The notes below the pieces were generated by a model that saw nothing but the letters and a program-made list of their open reading frames with translations, was not told where the DNA came from and did no database searches. A stretch of 63,969 bases of DNA, the filler included, from Dimorphilus gyrociliatus (taxonomy: Eukaryota > Animalia > Annelida): the NCBI GenBank assembly GCA_904063045.1. It is 4 parts of 4 records of this genome, joined end to end, with 100 filler letters (N's around TTAATTAATTAA, not from the genome) between each part and the next. Parts side by side here need not be neighbours in the genome. Positions count along the whole stretch, not along the records: positions 18,634 to 45,915 come from CAJFCJ010000247.1; 3 more parts are not named here. One strand, written 5' to 3'. This document shows, piece by piece, positions 34,818-46,015 of the stretch; the stretch's first letter is position 1; each line of letters begins with the position of its first letter. The position numbers and the translations under genes were made by a program.

Positions 34818-37800
34818 TTAAATTTATTAATAATTAAACTTATACTTGAATAAGTAAAGAAGAAGAAAATGGAAAGAACCAGAATAAATCAAGTGTCAAA
34901 GTGTCTTAAAGTAAAATAACTAAATGATAACTAACCCATAATTAAAAACTTTTATTTACTTGAATAAATTATTTTAATTTAGACTATTGATAACTTTATT
35001 AATATATTTAACACAAGAAATAAAGTTAGATGAATAAATTTAAAGTAAAAAGGGTGGTTAATATTAATTAATAGAAATCTTTATAATATATTTTAATTTG
35101 CCTGTTTATTAGATTTTGAACGTATTGAAACTTCTTTTTTAAAAAACACGAAAGTACTAGAGACAACTTCTTTCAGTTATGTTTCTGTTTAACTATGTTT
35201 TAGTTTTTTTACTCATTTAAAAAGAATATATTTCCTCTATTACACTTAAAATATTGGTGAAGCTAGCAAGTTCTAAGATTATTAAAAAATATTATCAATA
35301 TAATGTTTCGTTGATAAAAAAGGTTTTATTCCTTTATTTTATGCCAATAATTATTTTATATTTGAGTTAAAGCCGTATTTAAATTAATAGCGTTTGATTA
35401 CCTAAAAAAGGTGTTTTTTAATTAACGAGAGGGGTTAAGCCAGAAAAAAACAAAAATTTCTTTTTAAAATATATATATTTTTACATTATAAAATGACAAT
35501 TTTAATTTAATACGTATAAAATGTATTTGGTATTAAATTTGAAAATCGTATTAAAATATAGACATTTTAATATTAGATGAAAAGATAAACCAAATTAAAT
35601 TGACTTAAAACCTAATTTATTGATATGTTAATAAAAACTTCTACATTTTTACAGCCTTCTATATAAAAATCTTAAACATATTATAAAGTATAAATACCTC
35701 AATTTTAAAAATTATAACATTTAGCGAAAGAAGTAAAACGACTTATAAAATCTTTTTATAAACTTTTAATCGTTTTATAAGTAGAATTTGTATCCTAATT
35801 CTAAAAATAGCAAAAAGAATAGCATAAAATGAGATTTTTATTTTATGAGCAAGAAAATAACTTTTTAATAACTTGATGAAAATACTTCTGAATATTAAAA
35901 GTTCTCTTGTTTTTTAACAAAGTATACTATTAAAGGCCTCTTAGCTAAAAAGAATACAATGATTGCTATTTTTAAATATATATAAATAATTAAAATTAAT
36001 AAAAAGTCTTTTATTCGAACACTAATCGCCTAGAAGAGAATCTTGATACTTAAATATAAAATAGTCTGTGAATACGTATTCAATAAAAAGACTTAAACTC
36101 TGTTAATTTTAGTTGTATATAGGCTATAATGTACTGGTAAATAAAATTTATTAGAAAAAGACGATATTGAATGTACTAAATTCTAAGAAAAAACTACTGC
36201 AACCGACCTTAACTTAAAGGATGTTTAATTTTATATTGTTATGAAATAACAAGTTTAAATATAAACTATGAATATCAAAAGAGAAACTTAGTTTAGAATG
36301 TTTGAACTTTTAAGAAAAATTTGAGTTTTTGAAAAAGTTCAAAGGTATAAAAAACCGAATATAGTTTAAATAAGGGCAAATTGATATTCTTGTATTATCT
36401 ATACATTATTATTATTTATTATGAAGGATTCCCAAGAGAAGTATAGAATTCTAGAATACCAAAGTTAGTTGAACAAATAAAAAACTTTTACTATTTCTTA
36501 TAATTGATAATTTAATCAATATAATTATTTTTGAAAAAACATATTTACCCATTTATTATGAATACATAAAAAAACAGCTTTTAAAACCAATTATAATATT
36601 AGTTAGAAGATTTTATATAAAAAGACGTTTCTGGATTAGAAAAAACTAAACGAGCTCTTTAATTGCATAATATCAAATATATATTTAGGAATTATGTATT
36701 TTCTTTTTTCTAAGTTATGAATCCCTTGATTATTTATAAAATATTTCTTTTTTATAAAATTTAGGTTTAACAGTCGATAAATAGGATTTTATAAATTTCA
36801 AAATGATGAACGGTCATTTTCGATTAAATTGGAATTAACTTTTATATTAACTTTTTTTAGTACTATTTTTATGACAATTAAATTATTTTCTAAAAAATAC
36901 CAGTTTAGTGCTTTACATCTAAATTAAATAACACTTAAAAATTATAAGTTTTTATTAACCATTAACTTTAAAAAAAATCTAGGCGATTAAACGCACTATA
37001 TCTAGAGTTGGTGCTCAACCTTTATACACAGTTAAACACCTGTAAGTATTATATCTTTATGATAGTTTTGTTTTTAGATAATATGTTGGTATTAATAATG
37101 TATATTTCTATGGTTTCATTTTTCTTGTTCATAAAGTAAAAAAAATTATTTTCAGTTTATTTTCTATGCTATAAATTAGCAAATTTTGGATTTAGTACAT
37201 TAAAAAAAGTGTTTTAAAATAATATGTTTTAATTCAACATATAAAATATAAACTTCTTATTCATTTATTTATTATTTGTAAACCTGCAATTAATAGTTGA
37301 CGTTTAAAAACAACTTTTTTTGAATATAGAATTAGATACTAAATAACTCGAAATCTAATTCAAACTGTTATTATTAAATAAACTAAACAATCAATATTAT
37401 GTAAATGTAATAAAGCTTAATAACTGTAATCTTTTTTTTACAACCACATACACTAAATATAATGATTTTTGTTCTATTAATGTTTTGAATAAATTATATT
37501 AGTAAAATAAAAAAGTATAAAGCTTTTAGGAAGCAATATAAACTTTGTAATATTATTTAAATTGAAGAGTAAATTATATAAAAAATACCTCTCCAAACCT
37601 AGAATAAACTAAAAAACCAAAAGTTTCTATTCCACTTAACTAAAAACTATATTTATTTAAAAAAAATAATAAAATAGTACTTTTTAATGAAATAAATAAG
37701 AAAATTTTCAATATATCATATATACATATGCTAATCATTAGATTATAAAGCAACTAATACACTATTTAAAGATCTATTTTCTATAAAATTCTAAAATGAA

Positions 37801-38085
37801 AGTTTATACAAAAAAATTAATTTCTTAGAAAAGATGTTCTTAAATAGTAATATTTTCCATACAAATAGTCGTTAAAATAATTATCTATAAATGGTAAATA
37901 TCATGATTTATTTTATATAAGGCAAACCAACACTCTAAAACATTGTTTTGATATTAAACACTTTTTACCTTTAAACATTCTAAATTTGGTATGTTGATCT
38001 TTTAATATAAAGACTCATTTTCTCGTTAATTTTCGAATTTTCTAGAATAATTTATAACATAAAAGAAAAAAAAATTTATCCCTTA

Positions 38086-38640
38086 ATGTTTTCTTCAATA
38101 ATTCAAGAAAGAATAAGCTACTTCGAAAGTATAATAACCTGCAACACGATAAAAGAAAAAATGTGGAATGATTTTCGAGCAGGTATCAAACCTGTAATTA
38201 GATCAGTAGATTCCTCTGATGTCAAGGAATCTACTGATTCATTAAAGAGTAATACCAAAAAGTATGAAAATATTGAATCTGTTAGTTTATTAAATACTAG
38301 CACAATCTCGAATGAAACAAACTCTCTAACAGAAGATAAAGTAAAAAGTCAAACAAACTCTCTAACAGAAGATAAAGTAAAAAGTCGAGCAAACTCTCTA
38401 ACAGAAGATAAAGTAAAAAGTCGAGCAAACTCTCTAACAGAAGATAGAGTAAAGAATAGAAGTGATGTTATTAAACAGAAATTACCATTAAAAAATTTAA
38501 ACACAGATAGAAGAAAACATGGTAATTCTACTATAACATCCCTAGATAATAAAACCAGAAATAAACTGAAGCGACATCTAGACCCCCGTAGGGTCACAAT
38601 GATAAACTTCGGTTTAAAAGAAGATGAGTCAAGTGATTAG
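38086..38640 (+). CDS. Hypothetical 184-aa protein with four 11-aa repeats (NSLTEDKVKS..)
   Basis: Clean ORF, CCC at 38080-38082 before the ATG, and a 33-bp tandem repeat at ~38318-38455. Confidence 0.75.
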   Translation: MFSSIIQERISYFESIITCNTIKEKMWNDFRAGIKPVIRSVDSSDVKESTDSLKSNTKKYENIESVSLLNTSTISNETNSLTEDKVKSQTNSLTEDKVKSRANSLTEDKVKSRANSLTEDRVKNRSDVIKQKLPLKNLNTDRRKHGNSTITSLDNKTRNKLKRHLDPRRVTMINFGLKEDESSD

Positions 38641-39926
38641 ACTTAATAAATATTGTACTGCAAACTTCTTTTTAAGTTATTCTTGAAATAATATTTGTAA
38701 ATAAAAATATACAGTTTCTTCGTAAATAAATAATCCTTATTGGTTTCTGTAAACTTTGTAGTTAGTAATTAGGTGATTACTTTTAATTCTATACTATTAG
38801 ACTATTAAAAAAGAATAAAACTTAAATTTATTTTAGATTGAAATATAATTGATTTTTAAAAGATTTTATTTTATATATGAATATAAACGGAAATATCAAA
38901 AAAAACAGCATGTTATTATAACCTCGAACCTTAAACTTTTTTATTGAAAACATAAAACATACTTGTTTAATAACTTCATTTTTTAAGTATTAAGTTAATT
39001 TTTATAAATTTAACATATTATTATAATTTGTATGTTCCATAAAATTTTCTCAAACAATAGTGTCGATTAGTCACATGGATAATATAGGTGCTTTATAAAA
39101 GAGTTTTGAAAATAATTTTAAAAAATATTTTTTCAAATACCATTTAACAACATCTTTTAAAACATTCGAAATCCTATTTTCATTAAAAATTTTATAATAT
39201 AACAAAATGTCTTTTGGATTTTTTTCGTTGAAATTTCAATTCGTTTGTCAAAGAGTCCTTAGTTTACAATGAGATGAAATTTTTCTTCTTCCGCACACAA
39301 AGTAACATGAAAGTTTTGTGATATTGAATAATATATTGTTGCTTACTTCTTGTATACTCTTAGTAACGTTTGTTGTTCGTTGTTTACCTTTAATTACCAT
39401 TATTTTGAACCCCCAGAATGAACAATTAAATAGTGGATGGCAGTATTATTTAACTAAATTCTTCCTGATATTTTTCCCTCTATATAGCAAAAAAACAATG
39501 ACATAATTTAAAAGTTCGAAATCTTCTTTTTTAACTATATTTTTAAAGTTTTCTATAGGTTCATCTCTTGGAAAACATAAAAGGTTTAAAATAGGTTCTA
39601 TGAATCTATAGTTGAAAAATTTGTTGTTCGCTCTCAAAATAATTACATTTTTTTAACGCTTAACAATATAGATGAAGAAATATAAAATTACACTTATGTA
39701 TTTCAAGCTTGGTTGAATTTCGTTCTAAAGAATACTTTACTCCCCTTTCAACATCTAATAAAATAAAACCTGAGGGGAATGAAATGTATCTTTGCTTAAT
39801 TTACGATGTTTATAAGGAAAATTTCCTTTTTTTTCTTTAAAAACATAAAGGCCAAGAGGATAAAATTCACCTAATACTTGTTCATAGATAGTTAGAGTTG
39901 TTTCCCCCATATTGAATGCTTTTAAA

Positions 39927-40839
39927 GGTAAAAAGTCGTATTGAGGTACCTAAAAAAATGTGAAAAAAGATATTAAAAAAAATTCTAAAACATTATTTTA
40001 ATTTAAATAATTCCAATACTTCGGAAAATGACCTTTTTTGCTGATGAATATAACTGTATTCCATAATATAATTTCTAAGATTTTTTTTAATATTAGATCC
40101 TCTGCTTTTAAGAAAATCTTTTAGATGTTTCCATTTGTTCTCTACTAACTGTGTATTAATTTTACGATTTCTTGGATCTACAAAATATTTTTTATGATTT
40201 ATTGTAAAATGCTTCATATTAAGTGACTGGATGCAATTATAGCCTTTCCACATATCAGTTATTATTGTCGTTTTACTTTTTATGTTACTTTAAATCATAT
40301 TTTTTAGTTTATCAGCAGTTCTTGTCTTTGTTATAGTAAAAAAAGTGCTTTTTGTGGTCTTACAGACACCTCCCACCACCCAGATATTTTTTATTATTCT
40401 ACCCTTATGGTACTTGCGTTTTGAGAGACAACTTTCATCAATTTCCACTTCTTTTTCAACATCACCTATACGGAACGTGGTTGCTCCTTCAATATAGACC
40501 ATAATAAGCGTTTTACAGTTAAAACTCCCACTTTATTCATTTGTATTTCATCACATATGTTTTTTAATATAGATTTTTTTGTTATTTCATAAATTATTTT
40601 TACAATTTTTACTAGAGGCAGTTTTATACCAAAAAATAAAGACTTTCTTCTAATAGAACTCTTTTTTAGACACTTACACATTTTTGTTCAGATGATAAAA
40701 TACCTTTTCCTACTGGAAAATTAGAAAACAATAAGTTATTCCTTGGCAGTTCAAAGAGTTCTTCTCTACGATATATATCACTAACCATGTAAGGGGTGTT
40801 TTTCACATTTTTTTAGGTACCTCAATACGACTTTTTACT
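39927..40839 (-). mobile_element. Merlin transposon copy B, 913 bp, with near-perfect TIRs and an 8-bp TSD CTTTTAAA; internal deletion and frameshifts
   Basis: CTTTTAAA|GGTAAAAAGTCGTATTGAGGTACCTAAAAAAATGTGAAA ... TTTCACATTTTTTTAGGTACCTCAATACGACTTTTTACT|CTTTTAAA. ORF pieces are near-identical to copy A. Confidence 0.95.
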
Positions 40840-41710
40840 CTTTTAAATGTTCGATCTATTCATAATTATTTTTCATAATCGACGACTGAAAAAAAGGACT
40901 TAAAGCAAACACATAATTTTTTGTCTATTCTTGAATCAATCTATAAAAAATACGAGCTTTAAAATTCCGCTATAAATAATAAGTAATTGGTAGTTCAAGG
41001 CCTCTTTATCCCTATGCTTATCTACATTGGGGAACAGACATTTCTGTATTTAAGAAATTCAAAAACTTAGGTTCTGTTTCATTTATCATGTTAACAATGA
41101 TACTTTAAGCCTTTTCAGTTATTTTAGAAACTTTATCACTAAAAATTGATTTTTTAACATAGTCTTCACTTTGTCATTATTTTTTTGGTGACCATGTTCT
41201 AATGAACTTTCGAAAATAATTGGTGCCTTATACAGCTTGTAGTCTAGCACCATACTAAACTATTACCTTAGTGTTTATATATTGATTGAGGTGTGAATAT
41301 CATAAATAAAAAGGAAGTTCTCATTTACTTTTAGAAAGTGTTATTTATGACACGTTACGTCCCTTTTTAAAATTTGTTAATTTTCATTTTTTTAGCAAAG
41401 GTACCTTAAATTTTTACATAGCAAATTGGAGTAGTTTAGTCGTATTAAATATTTTGGCGAGTTGCTGCCTGTCTGTTCTAATACTTTATGGCAGAATTTA
41501 ATGACACCACGAAATTATAAATCTTTAAATTAAATGATAAACTTAAATAAATTTACATTTATTTTCAAAACACTTTTTTGGTTACGAATTTTTATTCGAT
41601 TTCATGTATAGTTAACCGTTTTTATTTAAAAAAAATTAGTAAGAACATGTTTACTATATCCAAACGTTATTGTTTCATAAATACATAAAAGTGGAGGTTT
41701 GTTTGTTTAT

Positions 41711-42193
41711 ATGTATCTTCTGAATTTAATTTATGAACTCTATAATTACATTGAAGAAAGCGATTTTCTGGTTTATGAACTACAAGGACCAAGTTCGTGG
41801 AATGATTTAGTTGATCAATGTAGCTTCCATATTGAACATCGTATTAGAAAGTGTCCTCATATGGAGCAAATAAGAAAAAAAAGAAAAATAGAAAAGGCAC
41901 AGTCTTCAAAATTTCGAAACAACACATATACTAATATGCCAGCTTTAAATATTGCTTTATCTGCTTTTCGTGGGGATGATTGGATCGATGAGCTACTCAT
42001 ATTAATGCAAAGACCAACTTCCTTTGGGGAGCTAAACGATAGCTGTCATCTACATTATAAACGTCCAACAACGCAGGAGGATAAGCATGAATATAAACCA
42101 ATACCCTACAAATTCTTAAAAAGTCGAAATATAAATAGTAAAAGTCGTTTTAAAAGATACTTAAGATCTGCAAATAGGAATAAAAATAATTAG
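41711..42193 (+). CDS. Hypothetical basic protein (~160 aa)
   Basis: Long open frame with higher GC than its flanks; no recognised motif and no CCC start motif. Confidence 0.5.
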   Translation: MYLLNLIYELYNYIEESDFLVYELQGPSSWNDLVDQCSFHIEHRIRKCPHMEQIRKKRKIEKAQSSKFRNNTYTNMPALNIALSAFRGDDWIDELLILMQRPTSFGELNDSCHLHYKRPTTQEDKHEYKPIPYKFLKSRNINSKSRFKRYLRSANRNKNN

Positions 42194-42633
42194 GTATCTT
42201 CAAAATCCTTTTTACCAAACAATTTTAATCTATCCAAAATGCTTATATGAATTTTAAAAAAAGTTTATTTGTAATATGTAAATTTTTTATAAAAAATGTA
42301 ATTTTCTAAAAAACAATCTGAAAATAATGATTTAATAATAAAATGATGCTGATATTAATCTAATAAATAATTAAATCCATATAAGAACTACTTATATGGT
42401 ATTTTAATCAATAAATTGCCAATTTTTATACACTTTCACTTTTTTTCATATTAAATTATGTTTTATTAAGTATACTCTTGTTTACAACCTTTTTTGTTAT
42501 TTAAAAGACATAATTTTTGTCATTCAAAATTGATAGAAGCTGTTCTTTAATAAAGAATTCCATATAAAATAAATTATGTACCTTAATATATCACTTTTTA
42601 GAGTATTTATCATTGAATTATCAATTCAGATCT

Positions 42634-43649
42634 TCAAGTGTCATTATTGTTATCTGATAATTGTGTAGGTAAACTATTATTTTGTGAATGATAAGTAGAA
42701 TCGCTATCTATTGATAGAAAATTGACATTATTCGTTTGGCCATTATCAGCATTCATTACAAATATTGTATTGTTTGATGATAGTTCTTTGTTTGTATCTA
42801 AAAGAACGTCAGTTATAGTTTTTGTTAAAGCATTAATTTCAACCTGTTTTTCCGCGATTATTTTTATTTTATTGTACAATTTAATTTCTTTTTCCTGTAA
42901 ATTTTTGGTTTGGTATTTCAAAATTCTCTCTTTCTTTTAAGTGCATTGATTCGATCAGCAAAAAGCGCCTTTTTTTTATTAAATTCCTCAATTTTATCAT
43001 TAATATTATCTACTACTATTTTCATCCCTTTTCTCCTTTCTTGAAAATTTAAATAAGAGATCTCTAAAACCCTTTTATCATTTAAATAGGTTGATTCTCT
43101 TTCTATTAGATTTTTTTCTTTAGACTCCAATTCTTTCTCTTTTTCATATAACATCTTTTCTCTATTAACTATACATTCTTCACTTCTATTTATTATGTTT
43201 GAAGAGTTTTCTTGTTCTTTAATGTTGGTATATCCTGTGGGTTGTGGGTTATTATTTAACACTTGGCATGGTTCCACTTTTAATACTTTGCTAAGTTTTC
43301 TGTCCCCTTGCTCGTTAATATTTTTTCGTTTTTTTTTACATTTTCTATTTATCTTTATTTCTACAGAATTAAAAGGAGGTGATTCCATATTATCATAAGA
43401 GTCTAATTCTTCTTTATCTAAGTAGCTAGATAAATCGAAATCCTCTGGTCCAAGAATTTCTTGAGAAGTAATATAGTTATTTATTTCATCTAAAACTTGA
43501 TTATCATGAATTGAAAAAAAATCTGACATGTTTATGTTACAGTTTTTTAGATCTTCATCAAGACTGTTGTCTGTTTTCTTTTCTGATGTACTAAATACTT
43601 GCAAAAAGTACAATATTAAAGCGTTAATTAAATTAATAAATTTGTACAT
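42634..43649 (-). CDS. Signal-peptide, Asn/Asp-rich, coiled-coil protein split by a 1-bp frameshift at ~42920 (ORFs 42918..43649 and 42634..42921)
   Basis: N-terminus MYKFINLINALILYFLQVFS; coiled coil EKEKELESKEKNLIERE continues as LKYQTKNLQEKEIKL in the -1 frame; gcccttATG start context. Confidence 0.7.
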
Positions 43650-44029
43650 AAGGGCTACGTATTTTTTATCTGTATAAAATAAAATACTTGTTTTGGAAAG
43701 ATAAGAACCTCTTTATAAGGTATAATGAATATTACTATAATTTGAATATATAGTAGTTTTCTATTCAAGTCCGTTATAAGTGACTTTTGAATTTTTTATT
43801 ATATACCCTGAAAAAATGAAAATTTCAATAAAAAAATAGTAGAATTAAATTTCAAATATACCAATGATTACATTAGAAGTTTAAGTTACATTAAAAAAAA
43901 TTATACGAATTTTTATCAACAAAGTCAAGGACTAATGGATTAAGTGTGATGTTAGGTTTAATTGATTATTAAAAGAAGTGAAAGAATAATGAATAATGTA
44001 ATTTCATTGAAAAATTTAGATGACTTTAT

Positions 44030-44680
44030 ATGGAGGTGTTTGTAAAGAGCCCCTTAGTATGAGATTGGCAGCTATTTCTAAAACATCAGGATTGAACTAT
44101 CCTTGATTATTAAGATAATTAATAAATTAGCTAAAGATATAGAGATTGAACATACTGGCAAATGGTTTAGACTTGGATAATAAAGTAGTCTCTCTATGGT
44201 CAAGACTTATGAGAGAAACAACTGTTTATAAAATTATATAGTCGAATACCTTGCTTGGGGGAATCAAAAGTTGTAGAAGTGGACGAAAACCTATTTTTAA
44301 AATAAATATAATAGGGAATAATAATAAATGGACAATGTTATGTGGTCGCTATTGAGAGAAACACTACCCCGGTTTAATAGTACCAACTAACGGGAAAATG
44401 CTTTTGCAATGCAATAAATCATACTAAATAACATTCATTTAACCACCCATGTTATTACAGATGATTAGAAAGCTTATGATACAGTTGTTATCAGAATGAA
44501 CAATGAACAGGGCCATATACTAAAGCATAGCGAAGTTGATCATACACATGAATTTATAAGCCCACTTAATTTATGCGGTCATACACAATCTGCCGAAGGC
44601 CTTTTCTCATGATCTAAGTATTGGCTTCGAAAAAAAAGAGGACCGAAACAAGAAGAGTAATATTTATAACTATTAGAACT
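44030..44680 (+). mobile_element. Heavily decayed Merlin/ISXO2-like transposase of a second subfamily
   Basis: Fragments GESKVVEVDEN (~44257), KYNRG, VITDD*KAY, HSEVDHTHEF.SP and HTQSAEG; many stops. TIRs not identified. Confidence 0.7.
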
Positions 44681-45148
44681 CTAGTGTAAATATATTGTAA
44701 ACAAAAAACAAAGCCTTAATGAAGTTGTTTTATTATTAAAATTAAAAGATTGATGTTTCTTTCTATCTTCAACCAGTCAGAAATGTATTTTTTTAATGTT
44801 TAGTTAACTTTTGGAAGTCTTCTTCAGGGGTATCTAAAAAAATTTCGAAAACCGCTTGTAACAGAGTTGAACCAAAATATGAATTAATAGAATTAAAAAC
44901 CTAAATAAAACTGTAATATAATGGTTTAAAAATTGATCTTTAAAAATTTTGTATTAATTTAGTATGAACTTAAATAATATACCTTAATTATCCTTCAAGG
45001 TTGATTTTTTAATGATAAAAAATTTTACTGATTTTTTTAAAATCAATGATATAGTTTATTATAATTTAGTAGATAAAATTCGTCTATTTTCTTTACAAAA
45101 ATATTGATTATTTATATTATATAAGTGTTTTAATCTGAACCCTAACTT

Positions 45149-45769
45149 ATGTCCATACAAAAATACAGATTTAGATTTATAACTATAATTACATACTTAT
45201 GCATGTGCTGGAATACTAATACACTAGATAATACAGATAGTTTATTTGATGAAATTGAAGGTTTACTTCATAGAGATACAACTATAGAAATAAACTCATC
45301 TTATGATAATACATTAATAAACCCAGTAATAGGAAACGATATAATTAATACTAATTTAAATACAAATAATTTAAACGATGGAGTTTCATCTTATGATAAA
45401 ACTAGTACACCACCAAGTAAAAAAGAAACAGAAGAACATTCATTTGGTATTAATCAACAAAATAAACAAGATTTAATAAATAAAACTAAATTTGAACATA
45501 ATATTGAATTAAGAGAAAAAGATGTTAAACATAGAGAAGAAATGTGTTTATATAAAGAATTACAATTAAAAATAGCAGAAGAAGCTTTAAATCATAAATA
45601 TAGAAAATTACATAATTTAAAAGATACATACATAAAAAATGTTTCTATTTATAATAATAGAGTTAAAATGTTGAAAAGATTAACTGAGCAATATAATAAA
45701 AGAAAAGTAATAATTGAAAAAATCTCAGATGATCTTTTACAAGAATATAGTAATTCAAGAATTAAATAA
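45149..45769 (+). CDS. Signal-peptide, Asn-rich, coiled-coil hypothetical protein (206 aa)
   Basis: Hydrophobic FRFITIITYLCMCW; C-terminal heptads ELREKDVKHREEMCLYKELQLKIAEE; ccctaacttATG start context. Confidence 0.75.
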   Translation: MSIQKYRFRFITIITYLCMCWNTNTLDNTDSLFDEIEGLLHRDTTIEINSSYDNTLINPVIGNDIINTNLNTNNLNDGVSSYDKTSTPPSKKETEEHSFGINQQNKQDLINKTKFEHNIELREKDVKHREEMCLYKELQLKIAEEALNHKYRKLHNLKDTYIKNVSIYNNRVKMLKRLTEQYNKRKVIIEKISDDLLQEYSNSRIK

Positions 45770-45915
45770 TTTTATATAATTTTGATATTTATAAATAATT
45801 TTTTATTTACTTATTTAAAATGTATTGATTTCTTCCTTTCTTTATAAGAAGTCCATGTAAATTAAAAGTTTGTAAAGTATGTTCAAAGCTTTTTTTAGTC
45901 TCTAAATTGTCGTAT

Positions 45916-46015
45916 NNNNNNNNNNNNNNNNNNNNNNNNNNNNNNNNNNNNNNNNNNNNTTAATTAATTAANNNNNNNNNNNNNNNNNNNNNNNNNNNNN
46001 NNNNNNNNNNNNNNN
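45916..46015. other. Artificial contig spacer
   Basis: 44 N + TTAATTAATTAA + 44 N. Confidence 0.98.

Noticed and set aside
36022-36989. 12-bp inverted match TAATCGCCTAGA ~960 bp apart, with a faint Merlin-like 3' end near 36810
   Set aside because: The match does not extend, there is no TSD, and no transposase motif is recoverable.
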